Positions 13,235 through 24,429 of a stretch of 64,000 nt of DNA are shown here, in pieces. The first letter of the stretch is position 1; the number at the start of each line of letters is the position of its first letter. The position numbers and the translations under genes are program-made. The notes under the pieces are model-generated. The model did no database searches. It saw only the letters and a program-made list of their open reading frames with translations, and was not told where the DNA came from. Source of the stretch: Octopus sinensis (Eukaryota); NCBI RefSeq assembly GCF_006345805.1, contig NC_042997.1:117924001-117988000 (forward strand), in the 5' to 3' direction.

Positions 13235-13943
13235 TGTAACGGCAAAATTTGGTTTAGTAAACATTATTATGAAGTTGATAGTCGGCTGGTGTGACGATAA
13301 GAGTTTGTTATTATGGTTGCATACTGTAGGATGTGCGAGAGGAACAATGCATGAAGTTTAAAGAAAGTATTTATTTACCGTTACGTTACAGTACCATGAC
13401 TCGACGGGCAGGTTATGATAAATCCAAAAGCATGCGAAAGTTAGATGCGGTAGAATGTTTGAGTTTGGGTTCTCTTCATTGTTTAGTAGTAGTTGCCGAG
13501 ACAGATAGAATGATGTAAGAGAACAGAATTAGAGCTAGTGAGAATTGTAGGGTGTGGGACGTTGCTGACAGTAAACTTCATTTCTCCCTCTGACCAATGT
13601 TCTAGCTGGTCAGCCAGACTTCGTTCTCACTGAGTGGTCACTAACTGATTTTGTTTGGGGTGTGATTGCTTATATAAAGATCCAGAAAGATAGATATATC
13701 ATTGAGAATAATAGATTTAGTTGGTGGTCTTGTTATCTATTCTAGCTTTTGGTGAAGTAGAAGAGGTTAGAAATGGTCAAGTAGTGAAAACATTATTTCG
13801 GCCTAGCTAAAGGCATCTGGAAAATGTAAAACTGTTGTCAGAGAAAAACCATTGTTCCATCGTGGGAAAAGTTCTGTAGCAGGGTTAATTTAAATTTGGC
13901 TGTGGTGGATCGAATCCACTTCATGCATGCAAGATCCACTACA
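13235..13943. mobile_element. Solo LTR (about 710 bp) inserted in a (TA)n tract
   Basis: TGTAACGG...CCACTACA termini with TATA on both sides. An inverted fragment of the same family lies at about 12865-12963. Confidence 0.7.
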
Positions 13944-14214
13944 TATATATATATATACTGAGATGTTTCAAAATGCCTCAACATTGAAGCTAGAACTATC
14001 TTGTAATAAAATTTATTTTGTTTGGAAAGGTATTATATTAAAAAACATGGAATAGGTTTAACGTTACATAAAGGTATCTTCTGCTGAATGTATTCCAAAC
14101 GGGAGCGTTGGTGAATTTCAGACTGTGCAATGTGAAGCAACGGTAGCGCATCTGACTCCTTATCAAAAGGCTGCATGCTCAAATCACTCCAGGGTCATAA
14201 TAGATTTTTAGGTG

Positions 14215-14530
14215 CAGGTTTGGCTGGATGGTTAAGAAGTTCGTTTCACGTCTACGTGGTTTGGACCAGGCCGTCCAATGCCTTGTGAGTGAATCTGGTA
14301 GATGGAAACTTCGTGAAAGCCCGTCGTATGTATGCAAAGATGCATATTTATATGAGCGCGTTCGCATTTCTTTGACTCCTCATGGCGTTGGTTTGTTTAC
14401 GACTCCGTGACTTAGCTGTTCGGTAAAAGGTTTCGATAGAAAGATTGCCAGCCACTAAAGCAAACTTGTTCGGTTAAACCGCTCAAGGTGATGCTCGAGC
14501 ATGGCTGCAGTCCAATGATTGAATCAAGAA
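14215..14530 (+). mobile_element. OK-type SINE
   Basis: GGCTGGATGGTTAAGAAGTT...GCCTTGTGAGTGAATCTGGTAGATGGAAACT...GAAAGCCCGTCG...GAGCATGGCTGCAGTCCAATGATTGAA. Confidence 0.7.
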
Positions 14531-14685
14531 AAGAATTGCTATTCAGTTCGAACCCATGACAGCTTTGAAGCAAATACATTACAAGAAAAGTTTAACGCAA
14601 ACAGGAATTTTCTGTTGCATTTCAAATAGACAATTTGTTAACGAACAAAACATCTTGAAAATATTCATATCGTCATAAACCGATT

Positions 14686-15022
14686 ATTACCTCCGCCTTC
14701 GCTAAGGCGGAGGTATTGTTTTCACTTGTGTTTGTTTGTCCGTGGACAAGATATGTCAAGAACCGCTGGATGGATTCGGATGAAACTTTCAAGGATGTTT
14801 GACCTCGTGACTGGCACGAACTGATTAGATTTTGGAATCGATCGTTTTTCTTTCACTTAATTTTTGAGTGCAGTCGAGTTCATTTTTAGTATTCTCGTTT
14901 GTGAGAGCAGTCGAATTTAATTCAAATATTCTCATTTTAAAAATCATCTCTGGCTAATCAGTGAGAGGACGTTGGTGTTGCCTTGTCAGAGGTTTGCACT
15001 CTCCGAATGCTCATGTTTTCTA
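14686..15022 (+). mobile_element. Helentron-associated (HINE/DINE-1-like) non-autonomous rolling-circle element
   Basis: The 5' end has a perfect 12-bp hairpin, TACCTCCGCCTT-CGCT-AAGGCGGAGGTA (14688-14715). It is followed by TGTTTGTTTGTCCG and GGATGGATTCGGATGAAACTTT, and ends near CAGAGGTTTGCACTCTCCGAATGC. This is the organisation of HINE-type elements. Confidence 0.65.
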
Positions 15023-15099
15023 TTGAACTAGTCCAAAAAGAAAGAAAAAAAGTGAACTTTGAACTGGCCCGTTTTAATACTACGCATTTTCGGTTGAAA

Positions 15100-15249
15100 C
15101 ACACACACATACATACATACATACATACATACATACATACATACACACAAGCACATACACGCACACACATACACACATACATACATACATACATACATAC
15201 ATACATACATTCATACATACATACATTCATACATACATACATACATACA

Positions 15250-15282
<33 letters not shown>

Positions 15283-15538
15283 TTGTAACACACCGCCAAA
15301 ATACTAATCTCGATAAATTAGGCTTCTCAAAACCAGAAAGGAGAAAGCTAATTCGAAGACTACAGATCCAATCCATCACTGGAACTAAAAATCTGGAAAA
15401 CTTTCCAGCAGTTTATATTCTAAGTATATATTAGCTTGTGTAGATATGCAGCTATATGCATGAGAATACATACGTAAAGTAAAACATACAAATCTGCACA
15501 CCTTCATGCATACATACATACATGCATACATACATACA

Positions 15539-15570
<32 letters not shown>

Positions 15571-15588
15571 CATACATACATACATACA

Positions 15589-15621
<33 letters not shown>

Positions 15622-15956
15622 TTGTAACACACCGCCAAAATACTAATCTCGATAAATTAGGCTTCTCAAAACCAGAAAGGAGAAAGCTAATTCGAAGACT
15701 ACAGATCCAATCCATCACTGGAACTAAAAATCTGGAAAACTTTCCAGAAGTTTATATTCTAAGTATATATTAGCTTGTGTAGATATGCAGCTATATGCAT
15801 GAGAATACATACGTAAAGTAAAACATACAAATCTGCAGACCTTCATGAATACATACATACATGCATACATACATACATAATACATACATACATACATGCA
15901 TGCATGCATACATACATACATACATACATACATTCATACATACATACATACATACA

Positions 15957-15989
<33 letters not shown>

Positions 15990-16376
15990 TTGTAACACAC
16001 CGCCAAAATACTAATCTCGATAAATTAGGCTTCTCAAAACCAGAAAGGAGAAAGCTAATTCGAAGACTACAGATCCAATCCATCACTGGAACTAAAAATC
16101 TGGAAAACTTTCCAGAAGTTTATATTCTAAGTATATATTAGCTTGTGTAGATATGCAGCTATATGCATGAGAATACATACGTAAAGTAAAACATACAAAT
16201 CTGCACACCTTCATGCATACATACATACATACATGCATACATACATACATAATACATACATACATACATACATGCATGCATGCATACATACATACATACA
16301 TACATACATACATACATACATACATACATACATGCATACATACATACATACATACATACATACATACATACATACA
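15100..16376 (+). repeat. Three tandem copies of a ~230-bp LINE 3'-end fragment separated by (ATAC)n
   Basis: Cores at about 15279-15508, 15618-15847 and 15986-16215 are nearly identical. They translate VTHRQNTNLDKLGFSKPERRKLIRRLQIQSITGT and, after a frameshift, KIWKTFQKFIF*, which resembles the C-terminus of an RLE-class non-LTR ORF. Confidence 0.85.
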
Positions 16377-16829
16377 AAAATAGCTTGTTGATGTTGAAAT
16401 TCCAATGAAGGAACCTTGGTTCTAGGTCAGAAACTGGTTCCTTCTCTATTGGCAAGAAATCTTGAAATAAAACTGAACAATCCCATTCATACATGAAAGA
16501 GCCTCTTGTTGGTTTTGGAGCGAGAGAAGGGAGTTAAGCCTGAAGCCAGGAAATGAGGAGCAATGATCGGGCCACTTCTGCTGACCCACCAACGGGAGCG
16601 TGTTTCGATTTGGGGTTGAAACACCCGATGAGCGTTGGATATCGTCTGATGACATCAGTTCCTCCTGATCAAAGCTCTATTCACTTAGGTGAGCGGAAAA
16701 AACACCTCATTCTAAGTGTTATTAACACACGCGCACGCGAACACACATACACACAGAGAAAGAAAGAAAGAAAGAAAGACAGGAACAATATCAACTTTAA
16801 GTGCTTCGATTGGCCGCACATCACAAGGT

Positions 16830-17530
16830 TCAACAGAACCTACTGGTGTAAGCCAGCATGCTCGCATTGTTACCACAGGCAATGGCGAGGCTAAGTCTTT
16901 GGAGCAGTCAAGTGCCCTCACGGGTATCACCAGAGACACCTCGGTAAAGTGATCCACCAACGATAGCAAGAACATTTGTTGTTAGCGGCCCAGCCCCACC
17001 AAACATTTCAAACGCCGCAGGCTGGAAGAAATTGTTCACCGACAAGTCTCGATACTTAAGGATTTTATTCTGTTTGGCTACAGAAGCAGTGACCCCGCCA
17101 CCGCCATTTACCGCAGCATTCAGAATGTGAGAAGGACCAAAAGAATCACAGACTGTGGCGTCCCAGATGAGACACCTACCTCTTATTTCTTTACTGCCCA
17201 CATGGGGCTGCACACAGAGGGGACAAACAAGAGCAGACAAAGGGATTAAGTCGATTGCATCGACCCCAGTGCGTAACTGGTACTTATTTAATCGACCCCG
17301 AAAGGATGAAAGGCAAAGTCGACCTCAGCGGAATTTGAACTCAGAACGTAGCGCCAGATGAAATACTTCTAAGCATTTCGCCCCGGCATGCTAACGTTTC
17401 TGCCAGCTTGCCGCCTTTTAGGCACCTACCTCTTACTCTAGGAAAAGAGTAACACCATCGTTTCTGGATAATTCCGCCGGCTCCAGAACTAAGGGGATAT
17501 TAACCCAAGCCAGGGCCCGCTTAATGATCA
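16830..17530 (-). pseudogene. CRE-clade non-LTR retrotransposon, restriction-like endonuclease remnant
   Basis: Translation gives NLIIKRALAWVNIPLVLEPAELSRNDG, then the SINE, then GRCLIWDATVCDSF...KILKYRDL...FQPAAFEMFGGAG...GDTREGT*LLQRLSLAIACGN, matching CRE/Cnl1 RLE motifs. Confidence 0.85.
17186..17418 (-). mobile_element. Young full-length SINE with 13-bp TSD, inserted in the CRE remnant
   Basis: TSD CACCTACCTCTTA at 17173-17185 and 17423-17435; the 5' end AAGGCGGCAAGCTGGCAGAA is intact. Confidence 0.9.
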
Positions 17531-18070
17531 GGTTCATAAGTAGTTCATAGGTAAGCGGATTAAATGACTTCCAATTGGAGAGCATGTAATTATATGATAA
17601 TGGAGCGTAGTCTGTGAGGGAATTTTGTATGTGATTATGCAGTTGAGGGAAACATCGATCATGAAACAGTTACTTCGACATGTGACAATCGCTCATTGGT
17701 TTTCTTGTTGAATATTTACTTCGAGTATTTATTTATACAAACGTATTCACACAAGAAAGAAGCATTTAAGACTTGCATTGAAAACTAAAGCAATATTTGG
17801 AAGTTTAAAAAAAAATGGTATTTATATGGAACTTCTTTCTTAATCTTTCAATCAGGAGGGAAATAAATTCCCATGAGCCTTTGCAGGGCCTTTGAGATTT
17901 GTGAGCAGGAGGGAGGAAGCTATCTTCAAACCGGAGTGGACTCTGATAAATGAATCCTTGGTGCCTGGTGATGGTATTAAGCCGGGTGGAAGGTCTCCCA
18001 CTTGTGATACAAATGTAAAATAGATATGAACAATGCAAAGTGTCGTTTAGAGCTGGGTTTGTTATTTCCT

Positions 18071-18130
18071 AGAATAGAATAGTCTATAGTTTCCTTTATG
18101 ACGTCACACTTGCAATAAAAGTCTATAAAA
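18071..18130 (+). promoter_or_regulatory. Proximal promoter of basic-protein gene A: conserved block, CRE and TATA box
   Basis: GAATAGAATAGTCTATA...TTTATGACGTCACACT is shared with gene B. TGACGTCA is at 18099-18106 and TATAAAA at 18124-18130, about 100 bp upstream of the ATG. Confidence 0.7.
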
Positions 18131-18227
18131 GCGGCATAATTTCTTCCAGCGCTTACATTTGCCGTGTTCCATTAACCTCTTCGAGACCTATTTTTCTACA
18201 TAGTGGCTTAAAACCTCAGATAGAAAG

Positions 18228-18776
18228 ATGACCAGTTTAAAAGGCTCTTCTCGTAGATGTCCATACAGAGTATGCAAAGAAGAGAGAAAAGCAAAGAAAA
18301 GGAATCAGAGATACCCCAAACTGAAATACTCTTCAAAACATAATACGGGGAGCAATCGGGTATTAAGCAATAGCAACCGGCATCCAAAGTGTCTGAGTAG
18401 AAGTCAATCGGGAAATTCTTACAGGGCTCTTTTCAGAACGAAGAAAAGAACCAAGAGTATGAGAGACTCCAGGGGACATAATTGTACAAGAGTTCAAAGT
18501 ACTTCGAATCGGAAGTTAAAACAGAGAAAGCCGAAACGTAGGACAGTTCCCAAGCACTCAACTTCATCGGAAGTTCAAGCGGTAACCTCTCAAGAAATTT
18601 CAGAACAGGCAAATAATGACAAAATGTTATTGTCGCATGTTTCAGAAAGCAGTTCTTCGAAAGGAACAGAAACAGATTGCAATGCTCAGGTGGATGAACC
18701 TGTATCGAATGCTTTGGATATGGACAGATATGATCAGACGATTACATCACAAAATACAATTCTCGGTAGGGTTTAA
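18228..18776 (+). CDS. Basic-protein gene A: 182-aa protein, R/K/S-rich N-terminal part and acidic C-terminal part; putative protamine-like sperm nuclear basic protein
   Basis: Intact non-repetitive ORF with about 36 R+K in the first 110 aa (counted by hand). It aligns end to end with the ORF at 26384-26923. ATG context AAAACCTCAGATAGAAAGATG is conserved, and AATAAA is at 18789-18794. The function is inferred from composition only. Confidence 0.7.
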   Translation: MTSLKGSSRRCPYRVCKEERKAKKRNQRYPKLKYSSKHNTGSNRVLSNSNRHPKCLSRSQSGNSYRALFRTKKRTKSMRDSRGHNCTRVQSTSNRKLKQRKPKRRTVPKHSTSSEVQAVTSQEISEQANNDKMLLSHVSESSSSKGTETDCNAQVDEPVSNALDMDRYDQTITSQNTILGRV

Positions 18777-19112
18777 TTATTTGTATTAAATAAAAATATA
18801 TATTTAAATTTCTCTTGTCTTTATTCTCCACCGAGAACTTATATTTCTTGTAAAACTATACCTGTACATGCATATTCAAATTAAAATATTGTCACATGTC
18901 TACCTGTATACATCAGAGTTTTAAGTAATAAATTTTTTAGAACCTCAATGGGTGTTTTGTGTTGTAATATACATCGTTAGCAGATGTTAAAATACCAAGT
19001 ATTCAACTTTAATTGACTGTAGAACGGTAAATTTTGCGTTATCCTCCCCAGGAAGGAAAAGAGATGGGGTTTCAACAATGGAGGCTACTTTCGAAGTTCA
19101 GTTTATGGAATT

Positions 19113-19533
19113 GTGTGTGTGTTGTGTTTTGCGCGCGCGCGCGCGCGTGTGTGTTGTGTGTTTTTTTTTGTGTGTGTTGTATTTTGTTGTGTGTGTGTTG
19201 TAGTGCGTGTGTGTGTATGTTGTGTTTTGTGTTGTTTTGCGTGTGTGTGTGTGCGTGTGTTTTGTGTTGTGTGTGTGCGTGTGTTTTGTGTTGTGTGTGT
19301 GCGTGTGTTTTGTGTTGTGTGTGTGCGTGTGTTTTGTGAGTTTTGTGTTGTGTGTGTTTTGTGAGTTTTGCGTGTGTGTGTGTGTGTGTTTTGCTTGTAT
19401 GTGTGTGTGTGTTTTGTGTGTTGTGTGTTTTGCGTGTGTGTGTGTATGTGTGTGCCGCTCGGTGTAATCTTTGAATCTGCCGGACTCCCCAAGCCTCCGT
19501 GTGTGTGTTTTGTGTGTGTGTGTTTTGTGTTGT

Positions 19534-19570
<37 letters not shown>
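19113..19570 (+). repeat. Compound (TG)n/(GTTTT) microsatellite with two copies of a ~45-bp GCCGCTCGGTGTAA...GAATCTGCCGG unit
   Basis: Direct reading; the unit occurs at about 19454 and 19571. Confidence 0.8.
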
Positions 19571-19572
<2 letters not shown>

Positions 19573-19701
19573 CGCTCGGTGTAACCCTTGAATCTGCCGG
19601 GTTCCCTCAAGCCTATCTCAAGATCATAGAGCAGACCCAAAAGATGCCCTCCCTGTAAAAAGCGTTCGCCCGGGGCAGACCGCTACCCCATATAACTGCG
19701 C

Positions 19702-20112
19702 TATTATTGCCCACAAGGGGCTAAACATAGAGAGGACAAACAAGGACAGACAAAGGGATTAAGTCGATTACATCGACCCCAGTGCGAAACTGGTACTTTA
19801 TTTATCGACCCAAAAAGGATGAATGGCAAAGTCGACCTCGGCGGAATTTGAACTCAAAACTAACGACAGACGAAATACCTATTTCTTTACTACCTACAAG
19901 GGGCTAAACACAGAGGGGACAAACAAGGACAGACAAGCGGATTATAGGTGAGACATCGACTCCAGTGCGTAACTGGTACTTAATTTAATGACCCCGAAAG
20001 GATGAAAGACAAAGTCGACCACGGCGAAATTTGAACTCAGAACGTAACGGCAGACGAAATACCGTTAAGAATTTCGCCCGGCGTGCGAACAATTCTGCCT
20101 GCTCGCCGCCTT
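19702..20112 (-). mobile_element. Dimeric SINE (full-length unit followed by a 5'-truncated unit)
   Basis: Two head-to-tail cores (about 19702-19880 and 19882-20112), with the same layout as 24553-24970. Confidence 0.8.
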
Positions 20113-20477
20113 GAGCGGGCATTTTGGACGTGGAGGTCATCGATTTATAAGGAGGTATAAAACCGAATCCTGGAGCACACGGTGTCGCTTTTAAGGAATG
20201 TAAAATGTTCCGTCAATATATGCAACAGTAGTGCAATCTGAAAGGAGGCTATTGATCCAAAACATGCAGTTTCGATATGAAATTCGCATTATATATAAAG
20301 GTAAACTTTGCTATTATCGAAGACATTACTTTCACCAAATTTCAGCCACAGCAAGTGTCCACTGATGGGCGACATAAGAAGAGGGTGTCTATGCCTGTTC
20401 GTGACAATGTAACCTAAAACTAGTGGTACAAACATGTTAAAATTCGATTGAGAGTGACGGTTAGGTTTTACACGTAA

Positions 20478-20950
20478 GCAGGCGTGCGCGTGTGCATTCA
20501 ACAAACACACGCAGGCATGCGTGCGTGCATGCATTCTTCAGCGCCAACACGCGCAACACGTGCACGGGTGTGCGCTCGGGCCGCGCACTCTCCTGCGCCA
20601 ACACGCGCGCGGGCATGCGCTCGCGCCGCGCACTCTCCTGCGCCAACACGCGCAACACGTGTGCGGGCGTACGCTCGCGTCGTGCACTCTACGGCACCAA
20701 CACACGCAACACGTGCGCGCGCACCGTGCACCTTTCGGCGCCAACACACACAACACGTGCGCGCTCCGTGCATTGTTCGACGCCAACGTACGCAAAACGT
20801 ACGCGGGCGTACGCTCGCGTCGCGCACTCTACAGCACCAACAAACGCGGGTGTGCGCTCGCGCCGCGCACTCTCCTGCGCCAACACGCGCAACACGTGCG
20901 CGGGCGTGCGCTCGCGCCGCGCACTCTCCTGCACCAACGTACGCAAAACG
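20478..20950 (+). repeat. GC- and CpG-rich degenerate minisatellite
   Basis: Recurring GCGCTCGCGCCGCGCACTCTCCTGCGCCAACACGCGCAACACGTG units. Confidence 0.85.
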
Positions 20951-21029
20951 GACGAAGGTTGCAAATCGACTCAACCAAAAGTAGCGAAACGTCCCGCCTA
21001 ACAACAACACTGATGGACATCGAAAAAAG

Positions 21030-22925
21030 ACTGCAACAATCCTATGTGAGGAGAAAGCAGACAAAGAAGCCTGGGTTATAAAAAACATTAAGTCAAAGCC
21101 AAAGGCCTTCTTTCATTACGCGAAAGAAACAACCTCAGTACACTACAAGATAAGACCCCTCCTCCAAAAGGATGGCTCCCTCACAGACAGTCCAACTAAG
21201 ATCAGTGAGATACTGAATGACCAGTTCAAAAGTGTCTTTACCACCCAGTTGGAACACAGACAAGTGAACGAACCAGTGGACTTCTTTGCCGCCTCACCTA
21301 TAACCAGCGAGGCAGTTACAATGAAATACATTGACATTAGCGAAGAAGATATACTACTAGCCATAGATGAAGTGGACACAAACTCAACTGCTGGTCTGGT
21401 GGTTTCCCAGCAATCCTCCTCAAATCGTGTAAGCATGCCCTGGCAAAACCCCTCAAGATTCTCTTCCAGAGCTTTCTTGCAAATGGCAAACTGCTAAGCA
21501 AGCTGAAGGAGGGAATAACATGCCCAATACATAAAGGGGGAAGTAGAGCAGATGCCAAAAACTATAGGCCTATCTCTCTGACTTGAAACATCAGCAAAGC
21601 CATGGAACGGATAGTCAGAGGGAAACTAATCGCATTCTTTGAAAAAAATAACCAGCATGATTTTCGACCAGGTAGGAACTGCCTGACCCAGCTCTTACAA
21701 CATTACAACAAATCAAATGTGGATGTAATATACCTTGATTTTACAAAAGCATAGCTGGAAAACTTGGAGTGTGTTTACATGACTTCCTGAAAGATAGGAG
21801 TCAGGCAGTAGTAGCTAATGGAGCCACCTCTTTGAACACACAAATAGTGAGCGGTGTTCCATAGGGCACTGTCTTGTGATCACTGCTCTTTATAGTGGCC
21901 CTCTCAGATATGCCCTCAAATGCCCGAATAGCCACCTTGGCAAGCTATGCAGATGATACGAAAGTCTCGCAGAAAATACAGAACCCCAGCGATGTTGCAC
22001 ACCTGCAGCAGGAGTTGGACTCAATTTACAGATGGGCTGAGGATAATAATATGCAGTTTAATGCTGAAAAATTACAGGCCCAGCGCTACCAGCATCCAAA
22101 ACTGAATATGAAACTTACAGGGTACACCGGTCCTCAGGGAATTTCAATCCCAGAGCCTAAGTCAGTGAGGGACCTGGGTATCGACATGAGGTATGATACC
22201 TATTTCCAAATGCACATTACCAGGATGGTGACAAAGTGCAGACGACTGGCTGGATGGATCCTAAGAACATTCAGAACCAGAGATAAGGAAACCATGATGG
22301 TCCTCTGGCGGACTTTCGTCCTCAACCGCCTGGATTATTGCTCACAGCTATGGTCACCCACCAGTATGAAATTAACAGCGGACCTTGAAGCAATCCAGAG
22401 AAGATTCACAAAGAAGATCGTCTCTTTGCAACAGCTCAGCTACTGGGAAAGGTTGAAACAGCTAAGACTCTACTCCCTGGAGAGAAGACGGGAGAGGTAT
22501 GCAGTAATATATGTCTGGAAGATCCTGGAAGGAATTGTGTCATATTTTGGCACTGAAAGCTACACCAATACCAGAACGGGACGACACTGCATAGTGCCAA
22601 AGTTCCCAGCAATGCCATCACGCTTCAGGACCAGTTACTGCAACAGCCTGGGTTTCAAGGGCCCACAGCTTTTTAATATTCTCCCAAAGAGTCTGAGGAA
22701 CTTGCACAAAGTAGATGTAGGGGTTTTAAATCAAAGCTGGACCTCTTCATGTCGAGAGTCCCAGATGAACCTGCCTCATGGCAAGAGGTGCAAATGAGGG
22801 TAGCTGTATCAAACTCCATTCTTCACCAAGTGCCACATATTAGAGGAGGTTCTTCGTAATAACAGTGTAGCACAAAACGGTGGTGCATCAGCATGGCCGC
22901 AGCTCTGAGCTGAGACTAAAAAAGA
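21030..22925 (+). mobile_element. 5'-truncated CR1/L2-group LINE with 3' UTR (decayed ORF2)
   Basis: Translation gives IKNIKSKPKAFFHYAK...EILNDQFKSVFT and KNYRPISLT. ORF 21895-22797 carries the RT motif YADDTKV plus RDLGI, LDYCSQLWSP and LYSLERRRERY. Stops, frameshifts and deletions occur upstream. Confidence 0.9.
21895..22797 (+). pseudogene. Reverse transcriptase C-terminal half of the CR1-group LINE (300-aa open segment)
   Basis: ASYADDTKV catalytic motif; the N-terminal RT subdomains lie in broken frames. Confidence 0.85.
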
Positions 22926-24074
22926 ATATATATAATAACTTTGATACGTTTCGGCCAGTACGGGCCCAGGCCATGTCTATATATATACATGTATGTATAT
23001 GTACTCGTACAAAATGGATCCTCCGCCGTTTTCGTCGATGAGCATTCAACTGTTTGAGGCAGTCATAGAGCGACAGACAAATTGTTTTTCGCTGGGAACG
23101 GCCGAAAAAGTGTTTGGTGTCAGCTCACGACTACAGCAACACCTAAAACAATAATCGGTAGTATGGTGTATGTTACTAGCGAAACATTGAGCATGTAACC
23201 ACTGAAGAAAGAGAGGAAGGACTACACCAGCACTTGGCTAGTACCAATCTTCATTTTACCACGTAAAATGGGGATGCCTTGCTGAAATACACAACACACC
23301 GGGATCTTTTCGGTTTGAACGGCAGTTTTTTCTAGCGATGTCATATGAAATTGTCACCCATAATTATGACCCTAGTATCGATCTATTACATTTCAATCTG
23401 TTTTTGGTTTAGGGTTAGAGTTAGGGTTAGGGGGTATCATTTTTTCTTCAGAAATGTAAATAAACCCAATCTGTTTCTTAAACGAGGCACATATTCATAC
23501 GGCGCAGAATGCTTTTGCCTCAATAGACGTCATTGATTGGTTGAAATTGCAGAAATTGAAGAAAAAAACAACAAATATCTTACAAACCATAGAATTTTCT
23601 CAATAAAGCCAAGAGAAAAAGATATTTTATAAACACATTCTACCAGTATAGGAAGTTTTTTATAGTATAGGAAGTTTTTTAATTACCTAGAAATTGTTAA
23701 AAACTGCCGTTCAAACCGAAAAGATCCCCAATCTTGGTACCAATGAAGATTGGTACTAGCCAAGTGCTGGTGTAGTCCTTCCTCTCTTTCTTCAGTGGTT
23801 ACATGCTTAATGTTTCGCTAGTAACATACACCATACTACCGATTATTGTTTTAAGTGTTGCTGTAGTCGTGAGCTGACACCAAACACTTTTTCGGCCGTT
23901 CCCAGCGAAAAAATTTGTCTGTCGCTCTAATGACTGCCTCAAACAGTTGAATGCTCATCGACGAAAACGGCGGAGGATCCATTTTGTACGAGTACATATA
24001 CATACATGTATATATATAGACATGGCCTGGGCCCGTACTGGCCGAAACGTATCAAAGTTATTATATATATTCTT
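22923..24074. mobile_element. Foldback-type element with 333-bp inverted arms
   Basis: 22923-23255 is a near-perfect reverse complement of 23742-24074. The spacer is occupied mostly by a MITE. Confidence 0.85.
23302..23727. mobile_element. GGATC-family MITE, full length
   Basis: Both ~28-bp TIRs are present, with an internal (TTAGGG)-like tract at 23405-23431. No clean TSD. Confidence 0.9.
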
Positions 24075-24350
24075 CAATTTCAACCAATCAATGACGTCTA
24101 TTGAGGTGAAAACATTCTGTGCCGTATGAATATGTCCCTCGTTTAAGAAACAGATTGGGTTTATTTACATTTGTAGAAACAGATTGGGTTTATTTACATT
24201 TGTGAAGAAAAAAAGAAACCCTTCCCCCCCACCCCTAACCCTAACCCTGAAACAGATTGAAATGCAATAGATCGATACTAGGGTCATAATTATGGTGACA
24301 ATTTCATATGACACCGCTAGAAAAAACTGCCGTTCAAACCGAAAAGATCC
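24075..24350. mobile_element. Truncated GGATC-family MITE with an internal 29-bp tandem duplication
   Basis: AGAAACAGATTGGGTTTATTTACATTTGT occurs twice; the copy ends GAAAAGATCC. Confidence 0.85.
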
Positions 24351-24429
24351 ATTTGATGTCTAAAAAAAATCTTTTTATATTTTTATATTTTATATTTTTA
24401 GAATGAAATATATATCGTATATAATTAAA

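Noticed and set aside
14958-16494. MYVCMYVC and HTYIHTYI ORFs here, at 27512-29068 and at 19034-19658
   Set aside because: They are translations of (ATAC)n and (TG)n microsatellites, with no start context or domain content.
20484-21088. Several 160-200-aa Ala/Arg-rich ORFs on both strands
   Set aside because: They are products of the GC-rich minisatellite, which is open in many frames.
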